From contig NW_020844270.1 of NCBI RefSeq assembly GCF_003704095.1, positions 682,001 through 746,000 of the forward strand: DNA of 64,000 bases, in the 5' to 3' direction. The notes below the pieces were generated by a model, which was not told where the DNA came from, did no database searches, and saw nothing but the letters and a program-made list of their open reading frames with translations. A program made the translations under genes and the position numbers. Positions 10,384 to 24,800 of the stretch are shown in pieces. Source of the stretch: Pocillopora damicornis. Lineage: Eukaryota. How positions within the stretch are numbered: position 1 is the stretch's first letter; every line of letters starts with the position of its first letter.

Positions 10384-13300
10384 TGTGAACAGTGTTGATT
10401 CTAATGTTTACTGGATGTGGCGCCTTTTATGGAGGACGAGGTGACCTTGGAGGGAAGGTCAAACTACTGAAAAGATTAAATAAATCTTAAAAATAGAATT
10501 GGTCTCGTATTAACATAATCTGCTTTTTGTAAGTAAGTTTTTTTGTAAGTCAATTTTCTGAATTCCTACGAATAGATAGACACATAATACCTTCATTAAT
10601 ATATTTGTCAACGGGCATTAGACACTTCCCTTTCGCTTTTCCTGAATTTTGAAGAATTCTTTTCATGTTATTGCCCATTTATAATCTCTTATCTTCTGTC
10701 ATCTTTGGCGTATTCCGAATATTTTGGAAAGTTTCTTTCGAGCATAGTCTCTATCCTAAACTTTACAATGCATGATTTCCACCGTATTTTGGGCTGTGAA
10801 CAACATATCACTCTTTTCAATTGCAATTTTCATAATCAAGGTGTCTAAGACAACTTGCCCTGTTTCACAGTTCATGGAATCTTTATTTGATTGTTTTGGA
10901 CTCGCAACTCGTTGTGGAGCAAAATCGCATTCATTAAGTAGGTCCTCTGCAGAAGCGGAGAGGACTCTATATTACACGACAAGAGCGTTCTTTATACTGT
11001 GTAAAAAAGAAAAAGAAACTGTACCGTTTGATCAAATAACCAGATAGTTTTCGTTTTAAGTTTTACAGCAATTGTCACTGTGTTTTATCTTAACTTTTAC
11101 AAAAGTTTTGTACCGCGCGAGTGATAGATGTTCTTCATGTACGTGTAAGTACATGCTCATCATGCGATGACTGTCGAGCCCCCAGGTCACGCCCTTGCAG
11201 CGTGGTCCAGTACTTTTTTGGTGTCTTTTACTCAAAGCAGGTGCGGCAAGATAAAGGAGAAGGAGATATTTGATGACAGGAAGGTGTTGGTTCTCAGGAG
11301 GACAGTGGTCGTTCGCCAACTATGTCGTCAATTGTGTTGTAGCGTGATTTGAAACGAAAGTAAGGAGGAACTGTTTATGCTCATTACACGACGCAATGGT
11401 ATGAAAATAACACGAAAAAAGCGTTTGGAAATTGTTTCCATGTAATGACTCTCTGAGGCTTCTTCATTTTAATAAAATAGAACATTGCAAACAAATCTTT
11501 CTAAATTGAATGACTTTAGGGTCTGAGTCGGCATTGAAAGAAGGGCCACTCGTGTTTTCGTCAAAACATTCCTTGGTTTAATTGAAGTCAATACGCCAAG
11601 TTGTGGGTGGTTAATACGGTATTTCAGAGTAAAATTAACAAATTGGCTTTATGGAATACAGGTAGTGATTATCCTGATAGAGGAAAAATATATGAATTAG
11701 TCATTGTAATTCAAAAGTCAATAATCATATAAAGATTTCAAAGCGTCGATTATGTGATGCTTCACCTTTCTCTCCAGCTCAACCCCGTTATATAACAAGA
11801 TGGGTGCATAAACGACGCCACCGGGTGAAATTCTTGTTAGTGGTAATAATCAAAAAGATAATTAAAGATCTAAGAGATGGAAGCCAAATACTCGTCAAAT
11901 TATTTTAGGTTGACCCTAATCGGAAACAAACACAAACACAAATCATGATTTGTGCCTGGCACAAATCATAATTTCTGACTTTTGTTATTCATAATCATGT
12001 CTAGAAGTCATTCCAGTGATCCGTAAGAGAGCAGAATATGATTAGATTAATCCCACAAATTCTAACAAGAAAAGTATCCACGCTAATGATATTACGAAAG
12101 AATCTAGTCCTGTATGAGTTTACAAGTTTTGGCACTAAACAAGAGTAAGCGGGATGTACAACCCAAGAGAGCACTAAACATCTGTTTATTTTGGCGACAA
12201 AGGGCTTACGGCGAAAGCGACATGTCTGATTTTTGCCCCGAGCCGATTACCGAAAACTCCTTTATTAATCTATCTGGTAACGTTCAATAACGTATTGAGC
12301 AGTATCAAATATGGAATCAAACTTCACCAGGATTTTTCTGGAGAAACCGCTAATCATTCAGAAGCACTGCGATTTAATAAAACGAAACAGGATTTGCAGT
12401 TCGAGGTTCTTGCATACATGAATGACTATGTACTCGTTTAAAAAGTGAAAAAGACTGCAGTGACCCTTGGCGTGATATTGCTATCGTAAGATTTTGGGTT
12501 TGTTTACGTCCGCACTATAAGTTTGTTTTTGCAATGTGCTAAGCTTTTTATTTTTACTTGATCCAGTTATGGTACTCAGCTCGATTTGCGTCATATTATC
12601 GCCCGTTTCTTCTAGTTGGCAGTCAATGAATGAGATTAAAACGAAGTTTCTTAGTGATAACACACTAAATGTTCATGTAATGACCCCAAACTAACATTAT
12701 TTCAGCATTGTCACGTGAAGTTTGTTACTTAGAAAAATTGTTATATTCTTGTTGTTGCGGTCGCTTGGCAAGTACTTCCGTTCAAGAATTCGCATCGTTC
12801 GAACTGTGCGAAATTTCGTGCTGTCTCATATGATGAATGTAATCATAATCGATAAGAACATGTAATTTAAAATTCGTTTAACCATTTTCCGGCGGGCCAC
12901 TTGCCAAAAGCAAAGTGGCCATATCTGACGTATTAAGCTTTCCAACACTATTTCGGTCCTTGAGGACGAGAGCTAAACATGCAAATTAATTTCCTTTTAG
13001 AAGACCAAAAATAACTCTAAGTCATGAAATCGTCTTGGAAGAGAGTTTTATTTAGAGAAATATTGGTAAGAAGCAAACAATGAGCTGGGCTTTTTTGGAG
13101 TTTGTATTTGATCAATGCTATTATAATGCAAACATTTGAGCCAGTTTCCCGCTAGTTGAGTTTGCATGTCCACTGAGTAAATTGAATCCTGACAGAATAT
13201 CTTTCGATGTCGATCAGCAAATTAGCTCAATATCTAGCATTACCTACTCCACTTGAACGAAAGTATCGAACCTTGCGCCTCTCACTTGAGCGACAGATGT

Positions 13301-14177
13301 AAGTCGTGATATATCAAGTGAGTCATGAGAAAAACACTCCAAGAAAAAGGTTGCCAGAGAGTAACCATAAGAAAACAACAAAGACTGATATTGCGTCGTT
13401 TAAAAGGCGGAAGTTACATTTACATCCTTAATTTATGTACTTGTCTACAAGCATATCCCCAAAAGAGTTGAAGCAGAAATGCACACCATAACACAGGAAC
13501 CGCCAAACCCCCTGTCACTACCCAATCAGGCTAAAAGCAAGCAACAGAGTTAATTATTTCCGTTTCCGGTCGCGTGAACGTGTTCCAAAAAGTTCCTCTA
13601 TCATTTGCCAATAGAGTGCAATTGAAATTTTGCCATTTGCAAACAGACAAGTTAAAGAACCATGGGATGAGATATAGTTCTCTACATGCTGGCAGATGTT
13701 CAGCGCCCTCGATGCTTATACGTACTTTGATGGTGTCCTTTCTATGGGACAGATCTGATGACTGACGATAATCTTGATGATTGAAAACAGGAATTTAAGA
13801 TAAAAAACGCACCAGCTCCCTGTAGGAGAGTCCAATCAGGTTGCCAGTGAACGTGACCAATTCCCATGCAAATAATGTTTTTATTGTATTTGACCATTGC
13901 CGCCTTTGTAATACTGTTACAGATATGGGTATTGAGGATACTTCAGTAATTACGAAGGATTTGAGGGTTATTTTGTCCGCAATTACCGACGGTGGCGGCA
14001 ACGAGATGTTTTTTACTTAAAAGGTCATCCCTAGAGATAATGTAGATATCTATTTCCATTTCCTGAATTCTGCAGGGAGACAGTCATGTTTCAGTCGATC
14101 ATTATGGGTGGTCTTTCTTGAGAAATTTTTTGTAAAAGCATCAAAACCTTAACCTAAGCCAATGTATATTATCATTA

Positions 14178-14335
14178 AAGAGGGGAAGGTTTCTAAAGAA
14201 AATGTGGAGCTGCGCCGGTGGGAGAGTATAACTGGGTAATTTGCTATTATCAACTGAGTCGATAACGTAAATTGGCCACCGTACAGAGTTACAAAGCTGA
14301 CGTTTCGAGCGTTAGCCCCTCGTCAGAGTGAATCT
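14178..14335 (-). mobile_element. ~158-bp hammerhead-bearing element (family A) with target-site duplication
   Basis: Flanked by TATATTATCATTA (14165-14177) and TATACTATCATTA (14336-14348); body matches 147-301 in reverse. Confidence 0.8.
14296..14329 (-). ncRNA. Minimal type I hammerhead ribozyme motif
   Basis: Minus strand: ACU-CUGACGA-G-GGGC-UAAC-GCUC-GAAA-C-GUC-AGC. Intact core, 4-bp stem II, palindromic ACGU stem III, GUC cleavage triplet; stem I only 2 bp in this copy. Confidence 0.7.
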
Positions 14336-17300
14336 TATACTATCATTAGTAAGAGACCTATTTAGACGCAGCTTATCAAGTGCACTGCCTTAAATGTTTT
14401 ACAAAATGGACACCGAATTTTCGTTGAAGTGGTCCATTGTTTCAGCCTGCCTCAGTACTTGTGCTTGAAGCCTTGGGCTTTAAGGCAAAGGAGCCACGAC
14501 ATGCCAGTGACAACACGTATCTAGTGTATTTTCTTTCGTGAAATCCATCTTTCCGGATCCGAAGAGACACTTGCAATCTTTAAAAGCCGCCGACGACGAA
14601 ATTAGACCCCGAGGGCTAATAATTTGTATGAAATGCTCCAGATGCATCGTTTTTTTAGGAGCTTATTTGGTTACTAATTCCCTGGTTCTTTGATTTGATC
14701 ATGGACTGTGAAAATTGCAGTCTCGGGTATGAGTCACATAAAATGCCAAGCAACAAGATTGGTCTGTCTAACGATAGCAGGTGCTTATAATAACTAATTT
14801 CCTGTTTTCAACGATCATTTTTATCGTCACTCATTACACGAGCTCTACAGAAAGGACACCAACAAAGCCCGAATAAGATACAAAGCTTTGACTAGAATTT
14901 CTGCTCTTTTTTAATATCTTCTCATAGAATGTACTTGAGACATTTCTTTATCTTCTTTGTTTACGAATGAAAAAACCTCGAACACAGTCTTTCGACAAAC
15001 GATAGGGGAACTTAGAGACGTGTTCAAGCGAACGGAAACGGAAAGAATTTTACTTTCCTGCTCACTGTTAGCCTCCTTGAGTAGCGACTAGCGGTTTTTT
15101 TGTGGTTTCAGTGTCATGGTATACATCTCTGCTTTCAAATGTCCGTTACCATAGTGATATGCACGTACAAACTTTAACTGTAACCAACACTTCCGTCTTT
15201 TAAGGGGAAATATCAGTCCTTGTTGTTTTCACGATGGTTACCTCGCGGCAATCTTTTTCTTTAGACTATTTCTGATAAATTGTATGATGTATCGTGACCT
15301 ACATCTGTTTTTCTGTTCTTATGAGAGGCGCATAGTTCAATACTTATCGTTGAAGTGGAGAAGGTAACACAGGATATTGGGCTAATTTTAGACTAGCTAA
15401 GATGAGAACTGACAACAGATTACTTCCAATTCAATCAACGGAGCATTCCAACTCTTCTAGCAGGAAACTCCCGCGGATCTTCTCAATGTAAGATTATTGA
15501 TCAAAATAATCTCGCAAAGTATGCACAGCTCTCTGTTTACTCTTATCACTCGTACTCAGAGTAAAACTCCCTTCCTGCGCAATTTTGTGACTTGCATTAA
15601 TTTTAGTCAACAAAGCGAGAGATTCTTTGGTTTGTTTAGATCTCACCTTAAAGTACGGGACTGGTGTCTAAAAGCTCCATGCTAGATGTGCTTCCTTAAT
15701 CCTGGCAATTAGCCCACCGGAAAAAACTTTTCTGAAAAATTGCGATTTATTCTTTAAGTTTTTACCGCCAATTATCAAATAGCCTCTGAAGGAATGTTTT
15801 ACACTTATCACGTAAATCAGTAAATCGCTGCTGATAAGACTGAAATGGATTATTAAGGAAGTATGTTTGTACGCGATTAAGATCACAAGGGGTGTATAAG
15901 ACGATGTCGCCAAATTTTGTTGAGGTTTGAACGATGCGAATTCTATTAACAAATATTCATGCCGGGCAACTGCGATAGCATCAAAAGTGAAGCTTTCAAG
16001 GTAAGACTATCAGATTACAGAAAGAACCTTTAAGGTGAAGCCTCATCAATTTTGCCATGCGACCAGCGAAGTCATTAGTAAAGTCTAACATTGCGTCATC
16101 CTAGTTCACTGATTTTTAACCGAGAATTGCGCAATGGTAAACAAACGAAACCATCGTCAAATCCATTAGTATCTGTAAGATCAGCCATGCACTTATCCTT
16201 TCCCTGAAGTAAACTGATTAGAAGTCCAAGTAAAATCGTAGTTAAAAGCTGATTTTCGTGACGCAACGATGGGAAAGGCATGTGATATTGCACAAAATCA
16301 ACCACAAAAGTAGTCTGTATCAAAACCTGATCTTGTAGACGTAATAAGCCTAACAAATTCATAACTATCCTGTTAAAGCAGTGCTGTAACCAGACCAAAA
16401 TTTTTACTGAGTCAGTATCAGAGGTACCACTTTTTTCCACTTCGTGGATGCACGGCCTGTGATACCTACACGAACCTTCAACGGTGCACGTTGTTTAATG
16501 CTCATACGAAATACAACAACAGGACCAAATTTTATAATAAAATGATAGCGAGATTCCCAAGCAAATACTTCTGTTTGATATCATATTTGATGTTGCGTAA
16601 TATGGTATTACATGTTACTAGCGAGGATAAGAATGACGTTTATGATAAACGATGAAAGTTCAAGAATCAAATTTGTTACTGTCATCTCTAAGTAGTTTTT
16701 TCATCAAACGTAAATATTTGCATAAAGTGTGAACACGGGAATGATTTGATTTTATAATAGAGGATATATCTAAGGGTTACTGGAGAGGCAGAGTTCACCT
16801 TTAATTCCCGTTTGGCGTTGCCCGTGACTGAAATTCATGCTCTAGTTAGCTCTCTACTAACTCGTACAGCGTTCATCGTGTTAGGAAGCTCAAATGAATT
16901 TAAGTTGTATAGTGTCGTATCAAGTCCAAAGGTAAATTTTTTCATATTTCTGTTTTTCATCCGTTATTATCATTTTTTTCACCTTTTTTTCAGTGTACAC
17001 TGTTCGCCAACTCGTAGAAGATGTCAGCGGAGTAAGTTCAGGTCCCTGACCCTATGTAACCCAGTGAAATAGTTTACACTGCTGAAAAACTGCGTCTAGT
17101 TAATGCTATGGTGGCTAAAGTGAAAAAATGTTCCCGAGGTCTTGGCTAAGCAGCAATTTATTCACCACAGCTTTGTGAATTCGTTCATCAGGAACTCAAA
17201 TCAAGGGCGATACGATTGTGGGAAATGGATGCCATCTTAGAATAAGAGGCATTGAGCGAATTTTTTCAATGTCAAGACTTTCTGGATCTAATCGGGGATG

Positions 17301-18711
17301 ACTAAAAGTGAAGGAAGTAAGAAACTACGATTACCCAGGAACGAGAGGGTGTGAGGAGACAATCACGAGTATGTCAGCGGGTTGAAGTAAGCATTCTTTA
17401 ATTCATTTCTTGTGGAAGCAATGAGGAACAACTTGATCACTTCAAAAATGCGCTTTGGGAAAATAAGATTAGAAAGCTTTTCGTTTTTCGAATTGAGACC
17501 TTGGTCATAAATTCAAATATTCCTCATTCAAAAATTTGGGTAAATTATGATATCCTTGAAACTTTGGTCACAATGCCAAACAGAGACAAAGTCTAAGCTT
17601 TATCCTCGCAAACACTTTAAGGACTGATTTCTATTATCCTTTCAATCTGGAGACATTTTGTATGTACGAGGTTAACAATCTTGTAATATTTCAGCCAGAA
17701 AACTCTAAAGAAAAGTTAAATAAAAATATGCGTGCAAAGTACGCTTAGAACATGCAAAACAACAAGAGTGAAATAGCCTTTGATACACTAAGCCAAACAT
17801 CCCACGTCTAAGTTTTTCTAAGTAAAAGAGCTTTGTCCGTGTTTTGTGCATCTAAGAAATGTTGTAGATCGATCCAAATTATTAAAGATCGATCATTTTA
17901 ATCATATCGTAGAGTCGTAATTTAGTATAAGTCTTATGATAGGGTTTAATTAAAATCGGAAGAATCTTAGGAAAGGGAAACTTTTTTCAGATTGAATTTT
18001 TGGCAAACTCTTTTTATCACAGGCTACAAACGCAGACGAAGGAATAACAGAATCGCAAAAACCATTCACACCCCACGACTTTCTGTTTATATAACTAAAT
18101 CGAGGAACACCATAGAACTTCGATCGTGAAGTCAGACAGGGAGGCTGATGCTTTTGCCTAATTAAACACTTTCCAAGCGATGTATCTATCTGTATTTATA
18201 GATAATCTCGAGCTAAAGAAGCAACGATGATTCTCCTCATCAAAAAGTCGAGTTTTGTTCTTTTAAACATGATTCGCGCGTTTGTTCCGCAGAAGTATCA
18301 AAGGGGTGGCAAGCCTGAGAGAAAACAATCATGTCCAATTATTTTCTCTTGAGGCTGGTTATTTACCTGAAGTTTAACTTATGGCATGGTTCTAAACAAT
18401 AAAAAGATTGAGATATCTTTTTTTCAGGTTTTTTTTACACAACTCTAAGACTCCGCGATAAGCGACGACGAAAATGAAAGAAAATTTACAGTAATCTTGG
18501 TAGCCTTAACAGAAAACTGTTTACAGGGAAAGAGAAAAATTATAATAGATTATAAATTAAATGCTTATACCTTGTTTTAGCAGATGATGTGTATTCGCTT
18601 GTTTCTCAAGAGCCGCCAGTTGGGGGAAAAGGAAACAGTGATTTCGTGGCTCATTTGAAATAGGATTTTTTTGAGGTAGTAGGTCCATTTGGGTAGTGCA
18701 TGGATTTGAAG

Positions 18712-18873
18712 CATTAGAATATTAACGGTATTCTCGTGCCAGGGGTTAGTGTTTTGTCTATCACCCTCTTCACAGGGTGGGTTTTCATTTTTTTTTCTAC
18801 ACGACTCTAAGACATTAGAATAACAACTGTATTCTCTTGCCAGGGGTTAGTGTTTTGTTTATCACCCTCTTCA
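18712..18873. repeat. Local direct duplication of 61 bp
   Basis: 18712-18772 and 18813-18873: CATTAGAATA...GTATTCTC(G/T)TGCCAGGGGTTAGTGTTTTGT(C/T)TATCACCCTCTTCA. Confidence 0.85.
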
Positions 18874-21539
18874 AGTCGTTCAAAAAATAAATGCATGACG
18901 TACAATGAAAAATTTTGGCCACATTTGGATCAATTTAGAACGCGGTTTTACCAAAGTCTGAATTGATTTCTTGAAATGAGGACACACTGTTTCAACTGTA
19001 ACCTCAGCTATTTGTCGTTGCTGAGTTTTGTTCGTTGTCTAGCTCAAGGTAAGGTCAACAGTTTCGTTCTATACTGTAGATCTGTTGTTCATATCGCACA
19101 GTGCGAAGGAGAATAATTTTGAATTCTCTGTTTTATGCGGAATTCTTTATTTATTATGACTAAAATGCGAAGCAAAAGTCTTGGCAGGCTCTAATACTTT
19201 TAAAATTTTTTTTAGAACTTTCATTCATATCCTCCTCTCCCTCACTTCGATGTTGCTAGCATGGTGTTATTTATTAAAAAACAATGGTCATTTATTTTTT
19301 TTTTAACATTGTTTGAGGGAAAGCGGGAACTTTCAAGTAACTTATTAAAGATGAATCACAACATTTCTGTTTAATTTGTTGCGAGAAGGTTGTAGACCAC
19401 CCACAAAAATAATGGACCTTATTCGCCCGTGAGACCCATTAGTAAGGGGAGGTTACTAATTATACTTTAGCTACTCATTGTGGATCTTACTTGAATGTAG
19501 ACTTTGATTGATTTTGCTTGTGAATAGTGGGCGCTGAGTATCGCAGTTTTACTTGTTTGTTTTTGCCTTGAGTGTTTTTTTCTTCTTGTTTTTCTTTGAA
19601 TATGGTTGTGTTCTTTCAGGCCTGGGTTTTTAGTTTGGAAAAAAGCTCCAATGTTCCAATTCGCCTTACTGCAGATATGGGATGGGTAGAGGTAAAGAGT
19701 CCTCTGTGAGTCCTTCTTCGCGACCAAGGGTTAGCGTTAGGAGAGGCATCAAGGTCAGACTAAGGCGGCCATGAAAACTCAGCAAATTTTATATTCGATT
19801 GAGGTGACTGCATTTGTTTGCTGTGCTTGGGTCGAAGCCCTATATTTTGGAATCTCTCGAAGGAACGTATAGAACACGTGAAACGAATTCTTTTCATTAA
19901 GGTTTACTCTAAGGGAAATACATGCCATGTTTTGTGTGGAAAGGTTGTTAATAAACTTTCCGGGGCAAAAGGATGAAACGATTGTAAACCAAAATTTCTC
20001 TAAGACCCTGTGGTATTTCCTTTGCTGGACTATTATGTTAGGTATCGAAAAATAATGTATCAAAAATTAAAACAAGATACTGTATTAATTTAAAACATGA
20101 AGGTACTTATTGAACGGCACCAACACCGTTCAGCATGCATCGCGAAAATAGTCGGTGTGAACAGCGGACGCATTAAACAATATCAATGACGTGAACCTCA
20201 ATGATAACATGGATAAGTTTTTTATTACAGTGGTAATATCATAACTATGGAGAGCCTCACTGTCTCTGTTCCACTTATGACTCTCCAGTGACCTCAGACA
20301 AAATATATTTACAGTTTTATTATCTCGGAAATGCTTTAGGACCCATTACATGATATCTCTTGTAGAGCTGAGCCAAGATTATAAAATTGCCGTTCGCTTA
20401 ATATAATTGAATCATGAGAGAACTTTATGGGAAAGTGTCACGGTTGGGCGTGCGTGGATTTGCCCACCACTTCTGTGATTATTTTGAAACCGTCCACCGT
20501 CTTGAATATTTATAAAGTCTTCATGAAAAAAACAGATGAATGGATCTACCGTTACACTAATTATTTCCCTGGTTGTCTTCTTTTCAATTTAAACCTCAAA
20601 AGCCAGTTTTTACATGCTTAAAACTATTGACAGAAGTGAATACAAAAAAAAAATTGAGATACCGATCAAAGATTATATTTTTTTCCCAAAACACCGTTAA
20701 ATCTTTACAAGATTGTTAAGTAATTACACACAAGTCGCTCATATATTAAACACATGAAATCGTTCTAAGGAGAGGATATAACTAACCAGATTATCATCAT
20801 TTATGGCAGGGTCAGAGCTTAACATCCTTGTTTCTTATTAAAAACGTACAAAAAAAACAGGATTGAATATTTAAATCAACTACCTATCTGTGATCCTCTA
20901 AAAACAAGAAGATAATTTCGACTGGTGTTGTATTCCATACACGATTAGAAAATTAATCTGTGCTACGTATTATTCTAGAAGTTTCTTGTTGCTGATTGTG
21001 TTGATAAAATCATTTTCCTCTCTCAGTGCTGAATTTGTTTCGTTTTACAATGCTGTCGTCATCTCTTAGCACTGATTTTTCGTCCGTAGGACAAAAACTT
21101 CGCTAAGAACCGTTGCAACTTCTCGCTAGCAGTCTTCATACCCTGAGATTAATCTAGTGAGCTCGACATTATTCTATGGAAAAAGAAGGACTCATGTAAT
21201 CCTGTCTAATTCTACGAACTTCAAGATGTTTACTTTGTATCAAACTCATCTTCCATTAATGACCCTGATTTGGGGATGAAAATGCTGTTTGAAAAAAGAA
21301 TAAAAGAAATAAATAAAGTTAGTTTTCGACTTATAATGTCGAAAGTGGCATTGGCCACTTTTTCACTTATCAGAATTTTGAGAGTAAACATTGCCACCTT
21401 TTCACTATTGCCGTTTTTTTAAGGTTAGATTGGTAATTCGAGAAAATAGCAAAAGATCATCATAAACCTCCCCTCAACTGAAAGAAGTTTTGGGAAATTG
21501 CCTTCAAGAATTAGCAATGAAGCCATCAACCACTTTAAG

Positions 21540-21836
21540 AGGGTAATTTAGTATTAGCAACTCAGTTAATAACGTAAATTTGCCACCGTTAAGAGTTATA
21601 ATAGTAATAATAATTTATTTACTTATGTTGCGCGTGTTACATATGCAGATGCTCACAAAGTTTCAAAGCTGACGTTTTATGGCCCTTTTTCGGAGCGAAT
21701 GAAGAAGCGCTTGCTTTGAAACTCTTTCCTGTGGCCAATTTACGATATCAACTCAGCTGATAACACTAAATTACCCTGTTATACTTTTCCACCGACACTG
21801 CACCACATTTTCTTTAGAAACTTACCCCCTTTATTC
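21540..21836. mobile_element. Inverted (head-to-head) pair of family A element arms, ribozyme core eroded
   Basis: Left arm GGGTAATTTAGTATTAGCAACTCAGTTAATAACGTAAATTTGCCAC is the reverse complement of right arm GTGGCCAATTTACGATATCAACTCAGCTGATAACACTAAATTACCC. Confidence 0.7.
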
Positions 21837-21844
21837 ATTGGAAT

Positions 21845-24800
21845 TTACTCAAACTGCTTACCTTTTCTTTTCAACTTTTTATTTCTCCTGTTTTTTTTTC
21901 GTCCAGAACTTTTCACTGCTAGACGTCTTTCCCACTTTCTGAATTTTTCCACCCAGGCTCTCTCCCAAGGGACGATCAAACCCGTATCACGAAACAAGTA
22001 GAGTTTGTGCTGTTCAGCAACCACGTGACCGGCCACTAAGAAAGAGGCGTCTACCTTGGGAACCTGTGGACAGTTGCATGTGGTATTCCTGTGCAGGTAA
22101 ATAGAGTCTCCCTTCCTCAAGTGAATAGAGCTTTTTTGTAGGATCCTCTCAATTTTTGCCTCTATTACTCCGCCATTGTCCTTCTCTGTAGTTGAGGTGA
22201 TGAATACTTTTAGGACTGTGGACGGAATGCACATAAATTAAAGTAGCAGTTAGATGCTGTGTCGTAAATTTTTCATACTAAGAAACAAAAAAGACTTGTT
22301 ATTAAAACAAAAGGGGGTCTTAATGGGGTAATGGCCTTTACTGGTAAAGGTTAAACTTTTGGCCAATTTACGGCCAATAGTTTGTAGCATTACATCTTTG
22401 TCACCAGAAATTTTTTACGGTTATTTTTTTTTCTACGGCTAGCGGTTAAAATTTGTTAATTTGTTAATTGGGCCATTTTACGGCTAACGGTTAACCTCAT
22501 TAAATCGTTATTAAAAGGCTACACTGATGTAGATCCAAAGTTCTTGATGATTTCTTTATCGACTTATTACCCAAACAATTACCCACTCGTAGAACTCAGT
22601 GCAAGTAAACCGTTTGTTCTTACTGGCATTAACCCTTTAACATCTAAGAGTGACTATCATCTAGTTTTTCCCAACAATATCACCCCTGAATCACACATAA
22701 AGGTTACGACAATAAAAGACATGATCACCAACTAAAGATACTCTTGATTGTTGGACAAATTCTTCATGTCACTACCTTGAAAAATTTACCGAGAACAGTA
22801 TGGAGAATACGCATATTGATCTTAGGGCGTAAAGAGCTAATATGGTTTTCACATTTACTTTATATACCGGTAAACATTTTAAAGGACCTGTGTAAAGCAT
22901 TTAAAAAGCATGTAATATATGTGTTAACGCTTTCACACAGTTTCTTTACGTGCGTTTAAACTTGACCTTGCAACCTTTTTGTTAAAAAAAAAAAAATGCA
23001 TGCACATCGATGATCGTGAGGACGAATAAAGCCGGATTCTGAACCGAGGCCTCCAACGTAGCACTTTAGTAGAAATATCATGAAAAAGTGGGTCCGGTCT
23101 CATCTGTGTGATAACAAGTATCATTCTGTGCGTAAAACCCTGAATTGTTTTCGCTAGATACTTCAATGACTGTTTCAAAGACGTGTGCCGTACATGCGGG
23201 CCAAATAATTCAACAGCTTAGGAATGCAAACCAAAACAACTTACTGAAATGGTAAGAATTCCTTTTATACCGCTGGTAGTTTACACGAGGCTTGATGCAT
23301 CTGCAGGATGACACTGCAACACAAACGGTGAAGATAATCAAAAGATAAGTTTGTATTTAAGACAACAAGATTCAAAAGAAAAAAAATGCAATTGATACTA
23401 TTTCAAAAGATGTATGGCCCGCAGAGAAACAACGAAGCGTCATAGTTTACAGAGTTTTATTGCTGATCAAGTCATTTGAAATGTTTCGAGATTTTCTCAC
23501 TTTGTCAATTATTTAAAACATCGTTCTCCTAAGACTTTCGGGAGGTACTGCGGCCGTTGTCCATGTCGCGCCGTCGACCATTGACCATTACAGTCATAAA
23601 TCGGAGACGGTTTTTGAGAGATGTCAACTCAAAATTCATTCAAGTGAGAGAGAAGTTACCGAAACGAATGATTTCATGTTAAGTCTACTTCATGGTCTTT
23701 CTCTGGAAAGTCAGTTACGCAACCCTTTTCCCTTCGCGTCCACAATGGGACCTTAAATACGACAACGGCGAGTGTGTACGACAGCGATCGGGAACTGGGG
23801 TAATGGGGAGAGGAAACCGTCGTCAATGGCGAAAAATAGGATTTCAAGGCTGCAGAGGAAGCGAAGGGACGGGTGGGACGGGTTGATTTCATCTTCAATC
23901 TTTCGTTGAACGACGCAGCACGCAAGTTGTCATCTTGAACAGCATCTCATCGCTTACGTGCCTATTGGTTTGTTTTGCGTTGTTTGTTGTTGTTGTTGTT
24001 GTTGCAATTGTCTTTTTTCAAAATTAGATTCTGATAGTTTCATACCATATTAAGGTTTATGATGATATCAACACACTGATACAGTGTGCTGCAACTCATC
24101 TTTGATCTTTTCTTCAATTTCACAAATCAATTCAGGGTACTTAAGATGGCTACCCTTAGAAATCAGTTATTGGTCACTTTGGGTTAGCACAGCATTAACT
24201 TATCTCTTAATCAATACCTGAGAGCTAAGCTGATATATATATATATTCCTTATACGATATTTTGATTGGTCGAGAAAACCAAATACCACTTGAGTATTTC
24301 AACTTCAATTACAGCTCTAGCATTGATACCACTTACTTGAGGCATGCTATTATATTTTTTTTTGTAACTAATTCCGCAGCTACGTTTTAGCAACGAGGTG
24401 TCTCATCTAAATTTCAAACAGATCTATTTCGAAATACTCGATTTTGTTCAAGATCGTTCGCAGTAACCCCTAAAATATGACAATAATATTACTTAGGTAA
24501 TAATGCTCTTATAACATATGAATGAAATAATATTGTGGATCAGCCTCTGACTAATCTTTTACACGCAATCTGCGGTTGAGGTACTCTCCACTATACGGTT
24601 GACTTGGTGTATCTCAATACTTTCAGGCGAACCTTTCGCGTTTGCGTAAACTTCAAAGCTCCTATCAGCATAATCAACGTGTTTCTAGCCAAGTGGCTGT
24701 CGATATTTTACTTATTTTCTTAAGCAATAATCAACACCGCGTTTGCTGTCGAAATCGCGTGACGAAGTAAAAAAGAAATACGCATGAAGACCAATGCACT

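Noticed and set aside
11056-11319. ORF with a signal-peptide-like stretch (KYLLLLYLAAPALS)
   Set aside because: No ATG before the hydrophobic stretch and no coherent downstream exon; may be 5'UTR or non-coding sequence of the divergent sFRP.
12000-21000. Short ORFs between the two sFRP genes as further paralogue remnants
   Set aside because: None of the listed ORFs shows CRD or NTR motifs or a consistent splice structure; treated as intergenic, though undetected small exons cannot be excluded.
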